NCBI GenBank assembly: GCA_964016885.1
Contig: OZ024743.1
Location: forward strand, 76,818,001-76,882,000
Direction of reading: 5' to 3'
Length of the DNA stretch: 64,000 nucleotides
Source: Eledone cirrhosa
Lineage: Eukaryota
Shown here: piece by piece, positions 1-17,404 of the stretch
Layout of the letters: each line of letters opens with the position of its first letter
How positions within the stretch are numbered: position 1 is the stretch's first letter
Made by a program: the position numbers and the translations under genes
The notes under the pieces: generated by a model
Database searches by the model: none
What the model saw: only the letters and a program-made list of their open reading frames with translations
Told to the model about the DNA's origin: nothing

Positions 1-3000
1 TTATATACCCACATACCATCTATAGTCTATTATATACTCACATACCATCAATAGTCTATTATATACCCACCTACCATTTATAGTCTATTATATACCCACC
101 TATCATCTATAGTCTATTATATACCCACATACCATCTACAGTCTATTATATACCCACCTACCATCTATAGTCTATTATATACCCACCTACCAACTATAGT
201 CTATTATATACTCACCTACCATCTATAGTCTATTATATACCCACCTATAGGCTATTATATACCCACCTACCATCTATTGTCTATTATATACCCACCTACC
301 ATCTATAGTCTATATATACCCACCTACCATCTATAATCTATATATACCCACCTACCATCTATAGTCTATTATATACCCACCTACCATCTATAGTCTATTA
401 TATACCCACCTACCATCTATAGTCTATTATATACCCATCTACTATCTATAGTCTATTATATACCCACCTACATTCTATAGTCTATTATATACCCACCTAC
501 CATCTATAGTCTATTATATACATACCTACCATCTATAGTCTATTATATACCCACCTACCATCAGTAGTCTTTTATATACCCACCTACCATCTATACTCTA
601 TTATATACCCACCTACCATCTATAGTCTATTATATAGCCACCTACCATCAGTAATCTATTATATACCCACCTACCATCAGTAGTCTATTATATACCTACC
701 TACCATCTATAGTCTATTATATACCTACCTACCATCTATAGTCTATTATATACCCACCTATAGTCTATTATATACCCACCTACCATCTATTGTCTATTAT
801 ATACCCACCTACCATCTATAGTCTATATATACCCACCTACCATCTATAGTCTATTATATACCCAACCACCATCTATAGTCTATTATACACCCATCTACCA
901 TCTATAGACTATATATACCCACGTACCACCTATAGTCTATTATAAACCCACCTACCATCTATAGTCTATCATATACCCACCTACCATCAACAGTCAATTA
1001 TATACCCACCTACCATCTATAGTCTATTATATACCCACCTACCCTCAGTAGTCTATTATATACCCACCTTCCATGTATATTCTATTATATGCCCACCTAC
1101 CATCTACAGTCTATTATATACCCATCTACCACCTATAGTCTATTATATACCCACCTACCATCTATAGTCTATCATATACCCACTTACCATCTATAGTCTT
1201 TTATATACCCACCTACATCAGTTGTCTATTATATACCCACCTACCATCTATAGTCTATTATATACCCACCTACCATCTATAGTCTATTATATACCCACCT
1301 ACCATCTATAGTCTATTATATACCCACCTACCATCCATAGTCTATTATATACCCACCTACCATCAGTAGTCTATTATATACCCACCTACCATCTATAGTC
1401 TATTATATACCCACCTACCATCTATAGTCTATTATATACCCATCTACCACCTATCGTCTATTATATACCCACCTAACATCTATAGTCTATCATATACCCA
1501 CTTACCATCTATAGTCTTTTATATACCCACCTACATCAGTTGTCTATTATATACCCACCTACCATTTATAGTCTATTATATACCCATCTACCACCTATAG
1601 TCTATTATAAACCCACCTACCATCTATTGTCTATTATATACCCACCTACCATCTATAGTCTATTATATACCCACCTACCATTTATAGTCTATTATATACC
1701 TACCTACCATCAGTAGTCTATTATATACCCACCCACGATCAGTAGTCTATTATATACCCCCTACCATCTATAGTCTATTATATACCCATCTACAATCTAT
1801 AGTCTATAATATAACCATCTACCATCTATAGTCTATTATATACCCACCTACCATCAGTAGTCTATTATATACCCACCTACCATCTATAGTCTATTATATA
1901 CCAACCTACCCTCTATAGTCTATTATATACCCACCTACCAGCTATAGTCTATATATACCCACCTACCATCAACAGTCTATTATATACTCACCTACTATCA
2001 GTAGTCTATTATATACCCACTTACCACCTATAATCTATTATATACCCACCTACTATCTATAGTATATTATATACCCACCTACCATCTATAGTCTATTATA
2101 TACCCACCTACCCTCAGTAGTCTATTATATACCTACAAACCATGTATATTCTATAATATAGCCACCTACCATCTATAGTCTATTATATAACCACCTACCA
2201 TTTTTAGTCTATTATATACCCACCTACCATCTATAGTCTTTATATACCCACCTACCATCAACAGTCTATTATATACCCACCTACCACCTATAGTTTATTA
2301 TATATCCACCTACCATCTATAGTTTATTATATACCCATCTACCACCTATAGTCTATTATATACCCATCTACTATCTATAGTCTATCATATACCCACCTAC
2401 CATCTATCGTCTTTTATATAGCCACCTACCATCTATAGTCTAGTATATACCCATCTACCACCTATAGTCTATTATAAACCCACCTACCATCTATTGTCTA
2501 TTATATACCCACCTACCATCTATAGTCAATTATATACCCACCTACCATCAGCAGTCTATATATACCCACCTACCATGACCAGTCTATTATATACCCACCT
2601 ACCATCTATAGTCTATTATATACCCACCTACCATTTATAGTCTATTATATACCTACCTACCATCAGTAGTCTATTATATACCTACCTACCATCTATAGTC
2701 TATTATATACCCACCTACCATCTATAGTCTATTATATACCCACATACCATCTATTGTCTATTATATACCCACCTACCATCTATAGTCTATTATATACCCA
2801 CCTACCATCTATAGTCTATTATATACCCACCTACCATCTATAGTCTATTATATACCCACCTACCATCTATAGTCTATTATATACCCACCTACCATTTATA
2901 GTCTACTATATACCCACCTACCATCTATAGTCTATTATATACCCACATACCATCTACAGTCTATTATATACCCACCTACCATCTATAGTCTATTATATAC

Positions 3001-6000
3001 CCACCTACCATCTATAGTCTATTATATACTCACCTACCATCTATAGGCTAGTATATACCCATCTACCACCTATAGTCTATTATAAACCCACCTACCATCT
3101 ATTGTCTATTATATACCCACCTACCATCTATAGTCTATTATATACCAACCTACCATTTATAGTCTATTATATACCTACCTACCATCAGTAGTCTATTATA
3201 TACCCACCCACGATCAGTAGTCTATTATATACCCCCTACCATCTATAGTCTATTATATACCCACCTACCATCTATAGTCTTTATATACCCACCTACCATC
3301 GACAGTCTATTATATACCCACCAACCACCTATAGTTTATTATATATCCACCTACCATCTATAGTCTATTATATACCCATCTACCACATATAGTCTATTAT
3401 ATACCCACCTACCATCTATAGTCTATCATATACCCACCTATCCTCTATAGTCTTTTATATATCCAGCTACCATCAGTAGTCTATTATATATCTACCTACC
3501 ATGTATAGTCTATTATATACCCACCTACCATCAGTAGTCTATTATATACCTACCTACTATCAACAGTCTATTATATACCCACCTACCATCTATAGTCTAT
3601 TATATACCCACCTACCATCTATAGTCTATTATATACCCACCTACCAGCTATAGTCTATATATACCCACCTACCATCAACAGTCTATTATATACTCACCTA
3701 CCATCAGTAGTCTATTATATACCCACCTACCATCGATAGTCTATTATATACTCACCTACCACATATAGTCTATTATATACCCACCTACTATCTATAGTAT
3801 ATTATATACCCACCTACCATCTATAGTCTATTATATACCCACCTACCCTCAGTAGTCTATTATATACCCACCTACCATGTATAGTCTATTATATTGCCAC
3901 TTACCATCTATAGTCTATTATATACCCACCTACCATTTTTAGTCTATTATATACCCACCTACCATCTATAGTCTTTATATACCCACCTACAATCAACAGT
4001 CTATTATATACCCACCTACCACCTATAGTTTATTATATATCCACCTACCATCTATAGTCTATTATATACCCATCTACCATCTATAGTCTATTATATACCT
4101 ACCTACATCAGTTGTCTATTATATACCTACCTAGCATCTATAGTCTATTATATACCCACCTACCATCAGTAGTCTATTATATACCTACCTACCATCTATA
4201 GTCTATTATATACCCACCTACCATCAGTAGTCTATTATATACCCACCTACGAGCTATAGTCTATATATACCCACCTACCATCTATAGTCTATTTTATACC
4301 CACCTACTATCTATAGTCTATTATATACACACCTACCATCAACAGTTTATTATATACCCACCTAGCATCTATAGTCTATTATATACCCACCTACCATCTA
4401 TAGTCTATTATATACCCACCTACGAGCTATAGTCAATATATACCCACCACCATCTATAGTCTATTATATACACACCTACCATCTATAGTCTATTATATAC
4501 CCACCTACCATCAGTAGTCTCTTATATACCTACGTACCATCTATAGTCTATTATATACCCACCTACCATCTATAGTCTATTATATACCAACCTACTAGCT
4601 ATAGTCTTTATATACCCACCAACCATCTATAGCCTATTATATACCCACCTACCATCTATAGTCTATTATATACCCACCTACCATCTATAGTCTATTATAT
4701 ACCCTCCTACGAGCTATAGTCTATATATACCCACCTACCATCTATAGTCTATTATATACCTACCTACCATCAGTAGTTTATTATATACCCACCCATGATC
4801 AGTAGTCTATTATATACCCCCTACCATCTATAGTCTATTATATGCCCACCTACAATCTATAGTCTATAATATACCCACCTACCATCTATAGTCTATTATA
4901 TACCCACCTACCATCAGTAGTCTATTATATACCCACCTACCATCAGTAGTCTATTATATACCTACCTACCATCTATAGTCTATTATATACCAACCTACCA
5001 TCTATAGTCTATTATATACCCACCTAGCAGCTATAGTCTATATATACCCACCTACCATCAACAGTCTATTATATACTCACCTACTATCAGTAGTCTATTA
5101 TATACCCACTTACCACCTATAATCTATTATATACCCACCTACTATCTATAGTATATTATATACCCACCTACCATCTATAGTCTATTATATACCCACCTAC
5201 CCTCAGAAGTCTATCATATACCTACAAACCATGTATATTCTATAATATAGCCACCTACCATCTATAGTCTATTATATAACCACCTACCATTTTTAGTCTA
5301 TTATATACCCACCTACCATCTATAGTCTTTATATACCCACCTACCATCAACAGTCTATTATATACCCACCTACCACCTATAGTTTATTATATATCCACCT
5401 ACCATCTATAGTTTATTATATACCCATCTACCACCAATAGTCTATTATATACCCACCTACTATCTATAGTCTATCCTATACCCACCTACCATCTATAGTC
5501 TTTTATATATCCACCTACCATCTATAGTCTAGTATATACCCATCTACCACCTATAGTCTATTATAAACCCACCTACCATCTATTGTCTATTATATACCCA
5601 CCTACCATCTATAGTCAATTATATACCCACCTACCATCAGCAGTCTATATATACCCACCTACCATGACCAGTCTATTATATACCCACCTACCATCTATAG
5701 TCTATTATATACCCACCTACCATTTATAGTCTATTATATACCTACCTACCATCAGTAGTCTATTATATACCTACCTACCATCTATAGTCTATTATATACC
5801 CACCTACCATCTATAGTCTATTATATACCCAAATACCATCTATAGTCTATTATATACCCACCTACCATCTATAGTCTATTATATACCCACCTACCATCTA
5901 TAGTCTTTATATACCCACCTACCATCGACAGTCTATTATATACCCACCAACCACCTATAGTTTATTATATATCCACCTACCATCTATAGTCTATTATATA

Positions 6001-9000
6001 CCCATCTACCACCTATAGTCTATTATATACCCACCTACCATCTATAGTCTATCATATACCCACCTATCCTCTATAGTCTTTTATATATCCACCTACCATC
6101 AGTAGTCTATTATATACCTACCTACCATCTATAGTCTATTATATACCCACCTACCATCTATAGTCTATTATATACCCACCTACCATCTATAGTCTATTAT
6201 ATACCCACCTACCATCAGTAGTCTATTATATACCTACCTACTATCAACAGTCTATTATATACCCACCTACCATCTATAGTCTATTATATACCCACCTACC
6301 ATCTATAGTCTATTATATACCCACCTACCAGCTATAGTCTATATATACACACCTACCATCAACAGTCTATTATATACTCACCTACCATCAGTAGTCTATT
6401 ATATACCCACCTACCATCGATAGTCTATTATATACCCACCTACCACCTATAGTCTATTATATACCCACCTACTATCTATAGTATATTATATACCCACCTA
6501 CCATCTATAGTCTATTATATACCCACCTACCCTCAGTAGTCTATTATATACCCACCTACCATGTATAGTCTATTATATTGCCACCTACCATCTATAGTCT
6601 ATTATATACCCACCTACCATTTTTAGTCTATTATATACCCACCTACCATCTATAGTCTTTATATACCCACCTACCATCAATAGTCTATTATATACCCACC
6701 TTACACCTATAGTTTATTATATATCCACCTACCATCTATAGTCTATTTTATACCCATCTACCATCTATAGTCTATTATATACCCACCTACATCAGTTGTC
6801 TATTATATACCTACCTAGCATCTATAGTCTATTATATACCCACCTACCATCAGTAGTCTATTATATACCTACCTACCATCTATAGTCTATTATATACCCA
6901 GCTACCATCAGTAGTCTATTATATACCCACCTACGAGCTATAGTCTATATATACCCACCTACCATCTATAGTCTATTATATACACACCTACCATCTATAG
7001 TCTATTATATACCCACCTAGCATCTATAGTCTATTATATACCCACCTACCATCTATAGTCTATTATATACCCACGTACGAGCTATAGTCTATATATACCC
7101 ACCTACCATCTATAGTCTATTATATACACACCTACTATCAACAGTCTATTATATACCCACCTAGCATCTATAGTCTATTATATACCCACCTACCATCTAT
7201 AGTCTATTATATACCCACCTACGAGCTATAGTCTATATATACCCACCTACCATCTATGGTCTATTATATACACACCTACCATCTATAGTCTATTATATAC
7301 CCACCTACCATCAGTAGTCTATTATATACCTACGTACCATCTATAGTCTATTATATACCCACCTACCATCTATAGTCTATTATATACCCATCTACGAGCT
7401 ATAGTCTGTATATACCCACCAACCATCTATAGTCTATTATATACCCACCTACCATCTATAGTCTATTATATACCCACCTACCATCTATAATCTATTATAT
7501 ACCCTCCTACGAGCTATAGTCTATATATACCCACCTACCATCTATAGTCTATTATATACACACCTACCATCTATAGTCTATTATATACTCACCTACCATC
7601 AGTAGTCTATTATATACCTACGTACCATCTATAGTCTATTATATACCCACCTACCATCTATAGTCTATTATATACCCACCTACCAGCTATAGTCTATTAT
7701 ATACCCACCTACTATCAGTAGTTTATTATATACCCACTTACCATCTATAGACTATATATACCAACCTACCATCTATAGTCTATTATATACCTACCTACCA
7801 TCTACAGTCTATTATATACCCACCTACTATCAGTAGTTTATTATATACCCACTTACCATCTATAGACTATATATACCAACCTACCATCTATAGTCTATTA
7901 TATACCTACCTACCATCTACAGTCTATTATATACCCACCTACCATCTATACTCTATTATATACGCACCTACCATCAGTAGTCTATTATAAACCCACCTAC
8001 CATTTATAGTCTATTATATACCTACCTACCATCAGTAGTCTATTATATACCCACCCACGATCAGTAGTCTATTATATACCTACTACCATCTATAGTCTAT
8101 TATATACCTACCTACTATCTATAGTCTATATATACCCACCTACCCTCTATAGTCTATTATATACCCACCTTCTATCTAGAGTCTATTATATATCCACCTA
8201 CCATCTATAGTCTATTATATACCCACCTACCTTCTATTGTCTATTATATACCCATCTACCATCTATAGTCTATTATATACCCACCTACCATCTATAGTCT
8301 ATATATACCCACCTACCATCTATAGTCTATTATATACCCACCTACCATCTATAGTCTATTATATACCCACCTACCATCTATAGTCTATTATATACCCATC
8401 TGCCAGCTATAGTCTATTATATACCCATCTACCATCTATAGTCTATTATATAACCATCTACTATCTATAGTCTATTATATACCCACCTACATTCTATAGT
8501 CTATTATATACCCACCTACCATCTATAGTCTATTATATACTTACCTACCTTCTATAGTCTATTATATACCCACCTACCATCAGTAGTCTTTTATAAACCC
8601 ACCTACCATCTATCGTCTATTATATACCCACCTACCATCTATAGTCAATTATATACCCACCTACCATCAGTAGTCTATTATATACCCACCTACCATCAGT
8701 AGTCTATTATATACCTACCTACAATCTATAGTCTATGATATACCTACCTACCATCTATAGTCTATTATATACCCACCTACCACCTATAGTCTATTATATA
8801 CCCACCTACCATCTATTGTCTATTATATACCCACCTACCATCTATAGTCTATATATACCCACCTACCATCTATAGTCTATTATATAGCCAACCACCATCT
8901 ATAGTCTATTATACACCCATCTACCATCTATAGACTATATATACCCACGTACCACCTATAGTCTATTATAAACCCACCTACCATCTATAGTCTATCATAT

Positions 9001-12000
9001 ACCCACCTACCATCAACAGTCAATTATATACCCACCTACCATCTATAGTCTATTATATACCCACCTACCCTCAGTAGTCTATTATATACCCACCTACCAT
9101 GTATATTCTATTATATACCAACCTACCATCTACAGTCTATTATATACCCATCTATCCCCTATAGTCTATTATATACCCACCTACCATCTATAGTCTATCA
9201 TATACCTACTTACCATCTAATGTCTTTTATATACCCACCTACATCAGTTGTCTATTATATACCCACCTACCATCTATAGTCTATTATATACCCTCCTACC
9301 ATCTATAGTCTATTATATACCCACCTACCATCTATAGTCTATTATATACCCACCTACCATCTATAGTCTATTATATACCCACCTACCATCAGTAGTCTAT
9401 TATATAGCCATCTACCACCTGTAGTCTATTATATACCCACCTACCATCTATAGTCTATTATATACCCACCTACCAGCTATAGTCTATATATACCCACCTA
9501 CCATCAACAGTCTATTATATACTCACCTACCATCAGTAGTCTATTATATACCCACCTATCATCTATAGTCTATTATATACTCACCTACCATCTATAGTCT
9601 ATTATATACCCACGTACCATCAATAGTCTATTATATACCCACCTACCATATATAGTCTATTACATACCCACCTACCATCTATAATTTATTATATACACAC
9701 CTACTATCAGTAGTTTATTATATACCCACTTACCATCTATAGACTATATATACCAACCTACCATCTATAGTCTATTATATACCTACCTACCATCTACAAT
9801 CTATTATATACCCACCTACCATCTATAGTCTATTATATACCCACCTACCACCTATAGTCTATATATACCCACCTACCATCACCAGTCTACTATATACCCA
9901 CCTACCATCTATAGTCTATTATATACCCACCTACTATTTATAGTCTATTATATACCTACCTACCATCTATAGTCTATTATATACTCACATACCATCAATA
10001 GTCTATTATATACCCACCTACCGTTTATAGTCTATTATATACCCACCTACCATCTATAGTCTATTATATACCCACATACCATCTACAGTCTATTATGTAC
10101 CCACCTACCATCTATAGTCTATTATATACCCACCTACCATCTATAGTCTATTATATACTCACCTACCATCTATAGTCTATTATATACCCATCTACCACCT
10201 ATAGTCTAGTATAAACCCACCTACCATCTATTGTCTATTATATACCCACCTACCATCTATAGTCTATTATATACCCACCTACCATCAGCAGTCTATATAT
10301 ACTCACCTACCATCACCAGTCTATTATATACCCACCTACCATCTATACTCTATTATATACCCACATACCATCTATAGTCTATTATATACCCACCTACCAT
10401 TTATAGTCTATTATATACCCACCTACCATCTATAGTCTATTATATACCCACCTACCATCTATAATCTATATATACCCACCTACCATCTATAGTCTATTAT
10501 ATACCCACCTACCATCTATAGTCTATTATATACCCACCTACCATATATAGTCTATTATATACCCACCTACCATCTATAGTCTATTATATACCCACCTACC
10601 ATCAGTAGTCTATTATATACCTACCTACAATCTATAGTCTATGATATACCTACCTACCATCTATAGTCTATTATATACCCACCTACCACCTATAGTCTAT
10701 TATATACCCACCTACCATCTATTGTCTATTATATACCCACCTACCATCTATAGTCTATATATACCCACCTACCATCTATAGTCTATTATATAGCCAACCA
10801 CCATCTATAGTCTATTATACACCCATCTACCATCTATAGACTATATATACCCACGTACCACCTATAGTCTATTATAAACCCACCTACCATCTATAGTCTA
10901 TCATATACCCACCTACCATCAACAGTCAATTATATACCCACCTACCATCTATAGTCTATTATATACCCACCTACCCTCAGTAGTCTATTATATACCCACC
11001 TACCATGTATATTCTATTATATACCAACCTACCATCTACAGTCTATTATATACCCATCTATCCCCTATAGTCTATTATATACCCACCTACCATCTATAGT
11101 CTATCATATACCTACTTACCATCTAATGTCTTTTATATACCCACCTACATCAGTTGTCTATTATATACCCACCTACCATCTATAGTCTATTATATACCCT
11201 CCTACCATCTATAGTCTATTATATACCCACCTACCATCTATAGTCTATTATATACCCACCTACCATCTATAGTCTATTATATACCCACCTACCATCAGTA
11301 GTCTATTATATAGCCATCTACCACCTGTAGTCTATTATATACCCACCTACCATCTATAGTCTATTATATACCCACCTACCAGCTATAGTCTATATATACC
11401 CACCTACCATCAACAGTCTATTATATACTCACCTACCATCAGTAGTCTATTATATACCCACCTATCATCTATAGTCTATTATATACTCACCTACCATCTA
11501 TAGTCTATTATATACCCACGTACCATCAATAGTCTATTATATACCCACCTACCATATATAGTCTATTACATACCCACCTACCATCTATAATTTATTATAT
11601 ACACACCTACTATCAGTAGTTTATTATATACCCACTTACCATCTATAGACTATATATACCAACCTACCATCTATAGTCTATTATATACCTACCTACCATC
11701 TACAATCTATTATATACCCACCTACCATCTATAGTCTATTATATACCCACCTACCACCTATAGTCTATATATACCCACCTACCATCACCAGTCTACTATA
11801 TACCCACCTACCATCTATAGTCTATTATATACCCACCTACTATTTATAGTCTATTATATACCTACCTACCATCTATAGTCTATTATATACTCACATACCA
11901 TCAATAGTCTATTATATACCCACCTACCGTTTATAGTCTATTATATACCCACCTACCATCTATAGTCTATTATATACCCACATACCATCTACAGTCTATT

Positions 12001-13770
12001 ATGTACCCACCTACCATCTATAGTCTATTATATACCCACCTACCATCTATAGTCTATTATATACTCACCTACCATCTATAGTCTATTATATACCCATCTA
12101 CCACCTATAGTCTAGTATAAACCCACCTACCATCTATTGTCTATTATATACCCACCTACCATCTATAGTCTATTATATACCCACCTACCATCAGCAGTCT
12201 ATATATACTCACCTACCATCACCAGTCTATTATATACCCACCTACCATCTATACTCTATTATATACCCACATACCATCTATAGTCTATTATATACCCACC
12301 TACCATTTATAGTCTATTATATACCCACCTACCATCTATAGTCTATTATATACCCACCTACCATCTATAATCTATATATACCCACCTACCATCTATAGTC
12401 TATTATATACCCACCTACCATCTATAGTCTATTATATACCCACCTACCATATATAGTCTATTATATACCCACCTACCATCTATAGTCTATTATATACCCA
12501 CCTACCATCTATAGTCTATTATATACCCATCTACCATCTATAGTCTATATATACCCACCTACCATCTATAATCTATTATATACCCACCTACCATCTATAG
12601 TCTATTATATACCCACCTACCTACTATAGTCTATTATATACCCATCTTCCACCTATAGTCTATTATATACTCACCTACCACCTATAGTCTATTATATACC
12701 CACCTACCATCTATAGTCTATTATATACCCACCTACCATCTATAGTCTATTATATACCCACCCATCATCTATAGTCTATTATATACCCACCTACCATATA
12801 TAGTCTATTATATATCCACCTACCATCTATAGTCTATTATATACCCATCTTCCCCCTATAGTCTATTATATACCCATCTACTATCTATAGTCTATTATAT
12901 ACCCATCTACCATCTATAGTCTATTATATACTCACCTACCACCTATAGTCTATTATATACCCACCTACCATCTATTGTCTATTATATACCCACCTACCAT
13001 CTATAGTCTATTATATACCCACCTACCATGTATAGTCTATATATACCCACCTACCATCTATAGTCTATTATATACCCACCTACCATCTATAGTCTATTAT
13101 ATACCCACCTACCATCTATAGTCTATTATATACCCATCTGCCACCTATAATCTATTATATACCCATCTACCATCTATATTCTATTATATACCCATCTACT
13201 ATCTATAGTCTATTATATACCCACCTACATTCTATAGTCTATTATATACCCACCTACCATCTATAGTCTATTATATACCTACCTACCATCTATAGTCTAT
13301 TATATACCTACCTACCATCTATAGTCTATTATATACCCACCTACCACCTATAGTCTATTATATACCCACCTACCATCTATTGTCTATTATATACCCACCC
13401 ACCATCTATAGTCTATTATATACCCACCTACCATCTATAGTCTATATATACCCACCTACCATCTATAGTCTATATATACCCACCTACCATCTATAGTCTA
13501 TTATATACCCACCTACCATCTATAGTCTATTATATACCCACCTACCATCTATAGTCTATTATATACCCACCTACCATCTATAGTCTATTATATACCTACC
13601 TACCATCTATAGTCTATTATATACCTACCTACCGTCTATAGTCTATTATATACCCACATCCATCTATATTCTATTATATACCCACTACCATCTATAGTCT
13701 ATTATATACCTACCTACCATCTATATTCTATTATATACCCACTACCATCTATAGTCTATTATATACCCAC
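1..13770. repeat. 29-bp satellite array (consensus TATATACCCACCTACCATCTATAGTCTAT), about 475 copies, runs off the window start
   Basis: Period of 29 read directly (TTATATAC at 1 and 30). Many variant monomers and 1-bp deletions. Confidence 0.97.
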
Positions 13771-13897
13771 CGACCCACCTATTATCTCGGAGAAACCTGA
13801 TACCCTTCTAAATATTCCTGCTACATTCCCTGGTCACTTATATATAGAGACACATACCTGAAACTGCATCCGACCTTAGGTACACCTCCACAACAGC

Positions 13898-14500
13898 CCA
13901 CTCTCACCTCCACAACACCTCTCTCTCACCTCCACAACACCTCTCTCTCACCTCCACAACACCTCTCTCTCACCTCCACAACACCTCACTCTCACCTCCA
14001 CAACACCTCTCTCTCACCTCCTCAACACCCCACTCTCACCTCCACAACACCCCACTCTCACCTGCACCCCATCCCCATTCTCACCTCCACCCCCACCACA
14101 CTCTCACCTCCACCCTACCGCACTCTCACCTCCGCAACACCCCACTCTCACCTCCACCCCCCCCCCCCTCTCTCACTCCCACAACACCCCACTCTCACCC
14201 GCACCCCAAGCACCACTCTCACCCCCCTCACCCTCCACTCTCACCTCCACAACACTCCACAACACCCCACTCTCACCGCCACTACCCCTCCCTCTCACCT
14301 CCACCACCCCTCTCTCTCACCCCCAGAACACCCCACTCTCACCCGCACCCCAAGCACCACTCTCACACACCCCTCCACTCTCACCTCCACAACACCCCCT
14401 TCCACTCTCACCTCCACAACACCCCACTGTCACCTCCACCACCCCTCTCTCTCACCCCACAACACCCCACTCTCCTCCACAACCCTCCTCTTACCCTCAC
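13898..14500. repeat. Degenerate C-rich ~22-bp minisatellite (CTCTCACCTCCACAACACC...)
   Basis: Repeated CTCTCACCTCCAC(A/C) motif; nearly G-free on the + strand. Confidence 0.85.
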
Positions 14501-14511
14501 TAGAAGATTAT

Positions 14512-14545
14512 TTTGATCCTTACGGGGTCGACAAAATAAAGTACC
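14512..14545 (+). mobile_element. Fragment of the SINE central domain
   Basis: ATCCTTACGGGGTCGACAAAATAAAGTACC matches the SINE copies at 15.7, 28.4 and 44.1 kb. Confidence 0.75.
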
Positions 14546-15352
14546 CCAAGGTTATTTCTTCCGGGATCTCTGAAATCCCTCCAAGGTTATTTCTTCCGGG
14601 ATCTCTGAAATCCCGTCAAGGTTATTTCTTCCGGGATCTCTGAAATCCCGCCAAGGTTATTTCTTCCGGGATATCTGAAATCCCGCCAAGGTTATTTCTT
14701 CCGGGATATCTGAAATCCCGCCAAGGTTATTTCTTCCGGGATCTCTGAAATCCCTCCAAGGTTATTTCTTCCGGGATCTCTGAAATCCCGTCAAGGTTAT
14801 TTCTTCCGGGATCTCTGAAATCCCGTCAAGGTTATTTCTTCCGGGATCTCTGAAATCCCTCCAAGGTTATTTCTTCCGGGATATCTGAAATCCCGCCAAG
14901 GTTATTTCTTCCGGGATCTCTGAAATCCCGCCAAGGTTATTTCTTCAGGGATCTCTGAAATCCCGTCAAGGTTATTTCTTCAGGGATCTCTGAAATCCCG
15001 TCAAGGTTATTTCTTCCGGGGTCTCTGAAATCCCGCCAAGGTTATTTCTTCCGGGATCTCTGAAATCCCGCCAAGGTTATTTCTTCAGGGATCTCTGAAA
15101 TCCCGCCAAGGTTATTTCTTCAGGGATCTCTGAAATCCCGCCAAGGTTATTTCTTCAGGGATCTCTGAAATCCCGCCAAGGTTATTTCTTCCGGGATATC
15201 TGAAATCCCGCCAAGGTTATTTCTTCAGGGATCTCTGAAATCCCGCCAAGGTTATTTCTTCAGGGATCTCTGAAATCCCGCCAAGGTTCTTTCTTCAGGG
15301 ATCTCTGAAATCCCGCCAAGGTTATTTTTCCGGAGTCTCTGAAATCCCGCCA
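14546..15352. repeat. 35-bp minisatellite (CCAAGGTTATTTCTTCCGGGATCTCTGAAATCCCG), about 23 copies
   Basis: Period of 35 (CCAAGG at 14546 and 14581). Confidence 0.95.
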
Positions 15353-15379
15353 GGGTCCACTTTCCCTCCTTAAAAGGGT

Positions 15380-15600
15380 GTAGGATTGTCAGAATTGGTG
15401 GAGCGTCAGAGGCAATGTGATTATGATATTTGTTCTGGTTCTTTATATTCTCCTTTCAAATCTCGTCCAGGTCAACTTTGTCTTTCATTCTTCCGAGGTT
15501 GATAAAATAAAGTACCAGTGACGTAGTGGGGTCTCCATGTACTTCATTAATGTCTCCTTCCAAAATTGCTTGCCTTCAGCCTATTAGAAAACATCATTAA
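15380..15600 (+). mobile_element. Diverged tRNA-derived SINE (Nin/Deu-like central domain)
   Basis: Degenerate head, then TTCAAATCTCGTCCAGGTCAACTTTGTCTTTCATTCTTCCGAGGTTGATAAAATAAAGTACCAG. Confidence 0.75.
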
Positions 15601-15603
15601 TAC

Positions 15604-15800
15604 TGGTGGATTGGCAGAATCGGTAGAGCGTCGCACATCATGCTTTGCAGCATACAGTTACGTCCCTTTATGATCTGAGTTCAAATCCCGCCGAGGTTAA
15701 CATTGCCTTTCATCCTTACGGGATCGATAAAATACAGTACCAGTAACGCACTGGCATGATTGCTGGCCTTGTGCCAAAAGTAAAAACAATTATTACTATT
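15604..15800 (+). mobile_element. tRNA-derived SINE, near full length
   Basis: A-box-like TGGCAGAATCGG (15612), B-box GAGTTCAAATCC (15677), core GCCTTTCATCCTTACGGGATCGATAAAATACAGTACCAG resembling the Nin/Deu SINE domain (from recall), (ATT)-like tail. Confidence 0.85.
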
Positions 15801-16149
15801 GATATTGTTATTGTAGTTCTTATTATTCCTGCCGTTTTTCTTGTATTATTCTTACGCTCTCAATCTACTTGTTCACACAGTACTGTAATATTTATACACA
15901 CCAACTGGCATTTCTATGTTTTGACTGTTGAGGCGAGAATTGCTAGATTTGTAGACTATGATTTATAATTGGAAGTCGCAGGCAGGCGTTTGTGGGTAAG
16001 AGGAGAGCAACTCAATGATAGAGGTGTGTGTGTATTCTTTGATCAGCGCTTAAGTACATACAGTTCCGTGTCTAAACAAACTTACAACCACTGATACATG
16101 CAATTGATATACATACAAACACACGTGCGCACACATGCACATAGATATG

Positions 16150-16289
<140 letters not shown>

Positions 16290-16342
16290 TGTTTATGTAT
16301 GTATATGTATATATATATGTGTACATATATATATATATATAT

Positions 16343-17129
<787 letters not shown>

Positions 17130-17404
17130 AACATGAAAATATAACAATCGAAATCCCCAATAGGGGGGAGGCGTTACAAATGGGTTGTTTTATGCCCCGT
17201 ACATAGAACAACCCTCAACTCCGGGAGCATGTTGTGCAAGTGCTCCTTTCTTCCCTTCACCCTCTTCTTCAACCTACAGGTTTATATACAAAGAAGGCCC
17301 ATTCACTCGGGCCATTCTCGCCACATTCGCCCACCTTTCAGTAAATTTACTGGGGTGCAGTACCTCTCTCTCCACTCTGATTCTCCTTCTAAAGTGGTAC
17401 CTTA

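Noticed and set aside
1-13770. Telomeric repeat
   Set aside because: The 29-bp unit has no TTAGGG/CCCTAA; a subtelomeric or centromeric location cannot be determined from sequence alone.
14546-15352. CRISPR-like array (35-bp period)
   Set aside because: Units are head-to-tail with no unique spacers, there are no cas genes, and the context is eukaryotic. The same applies to the other arrays.
15604-15700. tRNA gene
   Set aside because: A and B boxes are present but there is no cloverleaf, and the sequence continues into the multi-copy SINE core.
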